Part shown: positions 44,288-45,650 of the stretch, piece by piece
How the letters are laid out: each line of letters begins with the position of its first letter
Numbering within the stretch: position 1 is the stretch's first letter
From: a virus
Length of the DNA stretch: 45,650 nucleotides
UHGV virus genome: UHGV-0038856
Strand: one strand, 5' to 3'
The notes under the pieces: model-generated
Database searches by the model: none
Told to the model about the DNA's origin: nothing
What the model saw: the letters and a program-made list of their open reading frames with translations, nothing else
Translations under genes and position numbers: made by a program

Positions 44288-44676
44288 TAAACAAATGCTT
44301 CCTCTTCATCTACTGCAGAAAAACCAGCATAAGCAATATTGTTGTATTTCTTACTATTATATTCTGTAATAATAACATCTGCAGCAACCTTTTCATCAAT
44401 TAAATCTGTAGTTTCGCAATTTTTAGGTAATTTACTACCAAAGATTGCTGAATATAGTTTTTTGATATTGCCATATCCACCATCATTAAATACTAATTGG
44501 GTAAACAATTTTTTGCCTGCAAACTCTCCTTCTTCAATATTCAATTTGAGTTTCCACATTTCGTCACCTTTTTGAGTCTTCTTCTCTTCTATTATTTCGA
44601 TTCTTACAACATACTTTCCTTCAGGAATTAATGTATAATTACTATCTTCTACGCTATTCCAATCTACCTTAGGCAT
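44287..44676 (-). CDS. DUF669 SSB-like protein
   Basis: LIPEGKY.V.I, EG.FAG.K.F and acidic tail DEEEAFV; start ATG 44676. Confidence 0.8.
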   Translation of the reverse strand: MPKVDWNSVEDSNYTLIPEGKYVVRIEIIEEKKTQKGDEMWKLKLNIEEGEFAGKKLFTQLVFNDGGYGNIKKLYSAIFGSKLPKNCETTDLIDEKVAADVIITEYNSKKYNNIAYAGFSAVDEEEAFV

Positions 44677-44677
44677 T

Positions 44678-45619
44678 CTATTTCTCCTTTCTTGTTTCTT
44701 CTTCAAATGCTGCTATAGTTAGCTCTAAATCGTTATCATATAAAAATTGTTTCAATTCATCTGGTCGCTTTACTGATATTCCATTTTGTTTCATGAATAA
44801 TCTAATTTGACCAGGTTTTAAAATTTTAGAGATTCTTCGTTTAAAAGACTCAACAAGTTCCTCTCCTTCTAATAAAAAAATTGGATCTTGTTGAGTACGT
44901 TCATCTTCTGTTGGTGTTTGAACTACAACTTGAGGAGACGTATCTAACTCAGAAGATGATAACCATGCATTAAGTTGCTTGCCAAATTCTTCATCAATAA
45001 TAGGAAGACAAGCATCTTGATATTTAGATGTTCTATCTTTTAAAACGTAGGCTGAGTGATCTTGAGATAATTGAATTAGCATATCGAACTCATACTCGAT
45101 ACCTTTGCCTTGCTTTGGAGCTTCTCCTACTCTTACAGGAACTAATTTACCTCTATCGTTTGTTTGAGTAGTCCAATTTGTTTCGGCTCTCATGGTCGCA
45201 ATCACATGACCTTTAAAATCAAGTATTGCATTAATAAGTTTCATTTGTTTTGGTGTACCTTCACTCCATGCAGACCATGTATTACCACCAAACTTAGAAC
45301 GAGCAATTTGTTCTACTTCTTTTAACAATTCATTCCATGCATGAGTTAAACTATCTATTATTAAAACATCATAACTTTTTGCTTCATCTATTGTCATTAA
45401 TAGATTATTAATTGTTGGATTGTCTAAAGTACAAACGTCAAAATCAAACTTATCAGCATATTTAGAAGCAGAACCATGTTCCGTATCTATTACTGCTATT
45501 CTGCCTCCCAATCCAGTAGCTAGTCTTAATGCAGAGTATGTTTTACCACCTCCACTCACTCCAAATAAAGCCAATCTTAATTTGGATTGAGCTTTTGAAG
45601 CTTTCTTAAATAAAGACAT
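44678..45619 (-). CDS. AAA ATPase, Sak4-like recombination/annealing protein
   Basis: G.SGGGKTYSAL, IDTE.GS, IIDSL.H.W and G.EYEFD motifs; AAGGAG RBS before ATG 45619. Confidence 0.85.
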   Translation of the reverse strand: MSLFKKASKAQSKLRLALFGVSGGGKTYSALRLATGLGGRIAVIDTEHGSASKYADKFDFDVCTLDNPTINNLLMTIDEAKSYDVLIIDSLTHAWNELLKEVEQIARSKFGGNTWSAWSEGTPKQMKLINAILDFKGHVIATMRAETNWTTQTNDRGKLVPVRVGEAPKQGKGIEYEFDMLIQLSQDHSAYVLKDRTSKYQDACLPIIDEEFGKQLNAWLSSSELDTSPQVVVQTPTEDERTQQDPIFLLEGEELVESFKRRISKILKPGQIRLFMKQNGISVKRPDELKQFLYDNDLELTIAAFEEETRKEK

Positions 45620-45650
45620 ATTATCTCCTTTCTGTTCATTCAAAATAATA

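Larger units (their letters stand above)
1..45650. mobile_element. Tailed bacteriophage genome (myovirus-like), probably complete and circularly permuted
   Basis: Full morphogenesis gene set in canonical order plus replication and lysis modules, with no host housekeeping genes. The minus-strand promoter at 16-44 fires off the left end toward the minus-strand gene starting at 45619, consistent with joined ends. Confidence 0.93.

Noticed and set aside
3821..44575. Many short antisense or out-of-frame ORFs in the track (e.g. 3821..4111, 9311..9679, 23541..23885, 28996..29469, 39270..39530, 44339..44575)
   Set aside because: They overlap well-supported genes, lack an RBS, and have shadow-ORF composition.
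1..45650. Alternative genetic code (stop-codon recoding)
   Set aside because: Core genes are intact in the standard code, and TAG, TGA and TAA all terminate genes at sensible boundaries.

Overview
The window looks like an essentially complete, circularly permuted genome of an AT-rich dsDNA tailed phage with a short contractile tail (myovirus-like). The plus-strand arm (~3.7-31.7 kb) encodes terminase, portal, MuF-like protein, protease/scaffold, capsid, neck, sheath/tube, frameshifted tail chaperones, tape measure, baseplate and fibre. It also carries an uncharacterised Q/N- and Cys-rich gene cassette and a lysis module with an amidase endolysin. The minus-strand arm (45.6->31.7 kb, continuing across the window junction from 3.6 kb->22) encodes replication/recombination genes: YfjI/DUF3987-like helicase, Sak4-like AAA, DUF669 SSB-like, primase, SF2 helicase, MT-A70 methylase and VRR-NUC. 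That arm also holds many small accessory genes and a 7-deazaguanine DNA-modification operon: FolE, QueE, QueD, a DpdL-like second T-fold protein and a divergent TGT/DpdA-like barrel, with no QueC. The operon includes two nucleotide pyrophosphatases and a beta-clamp homologue. I recognised no integrase, DNA polymerase, RT, tRNA or CRISPR array. Main sequence-level signals: (1) the non-palindromic heptamer TCTACTG/CAGTAGA, 36 copies counted by eye, absent from two apparently mosaic blocks; (2) a palindromic AT-rich origin candidate at ~1.9-2.2 kb; (3) a conserved early-promoter family with a shared transcript 5' motif; (4) -10-only and leaderless late promoters; (5) a repeated K-x-N-[S/A] putative maturation-cleavage motif in head proteins. 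All family assignments come from motif recognition by eye, not database searches.
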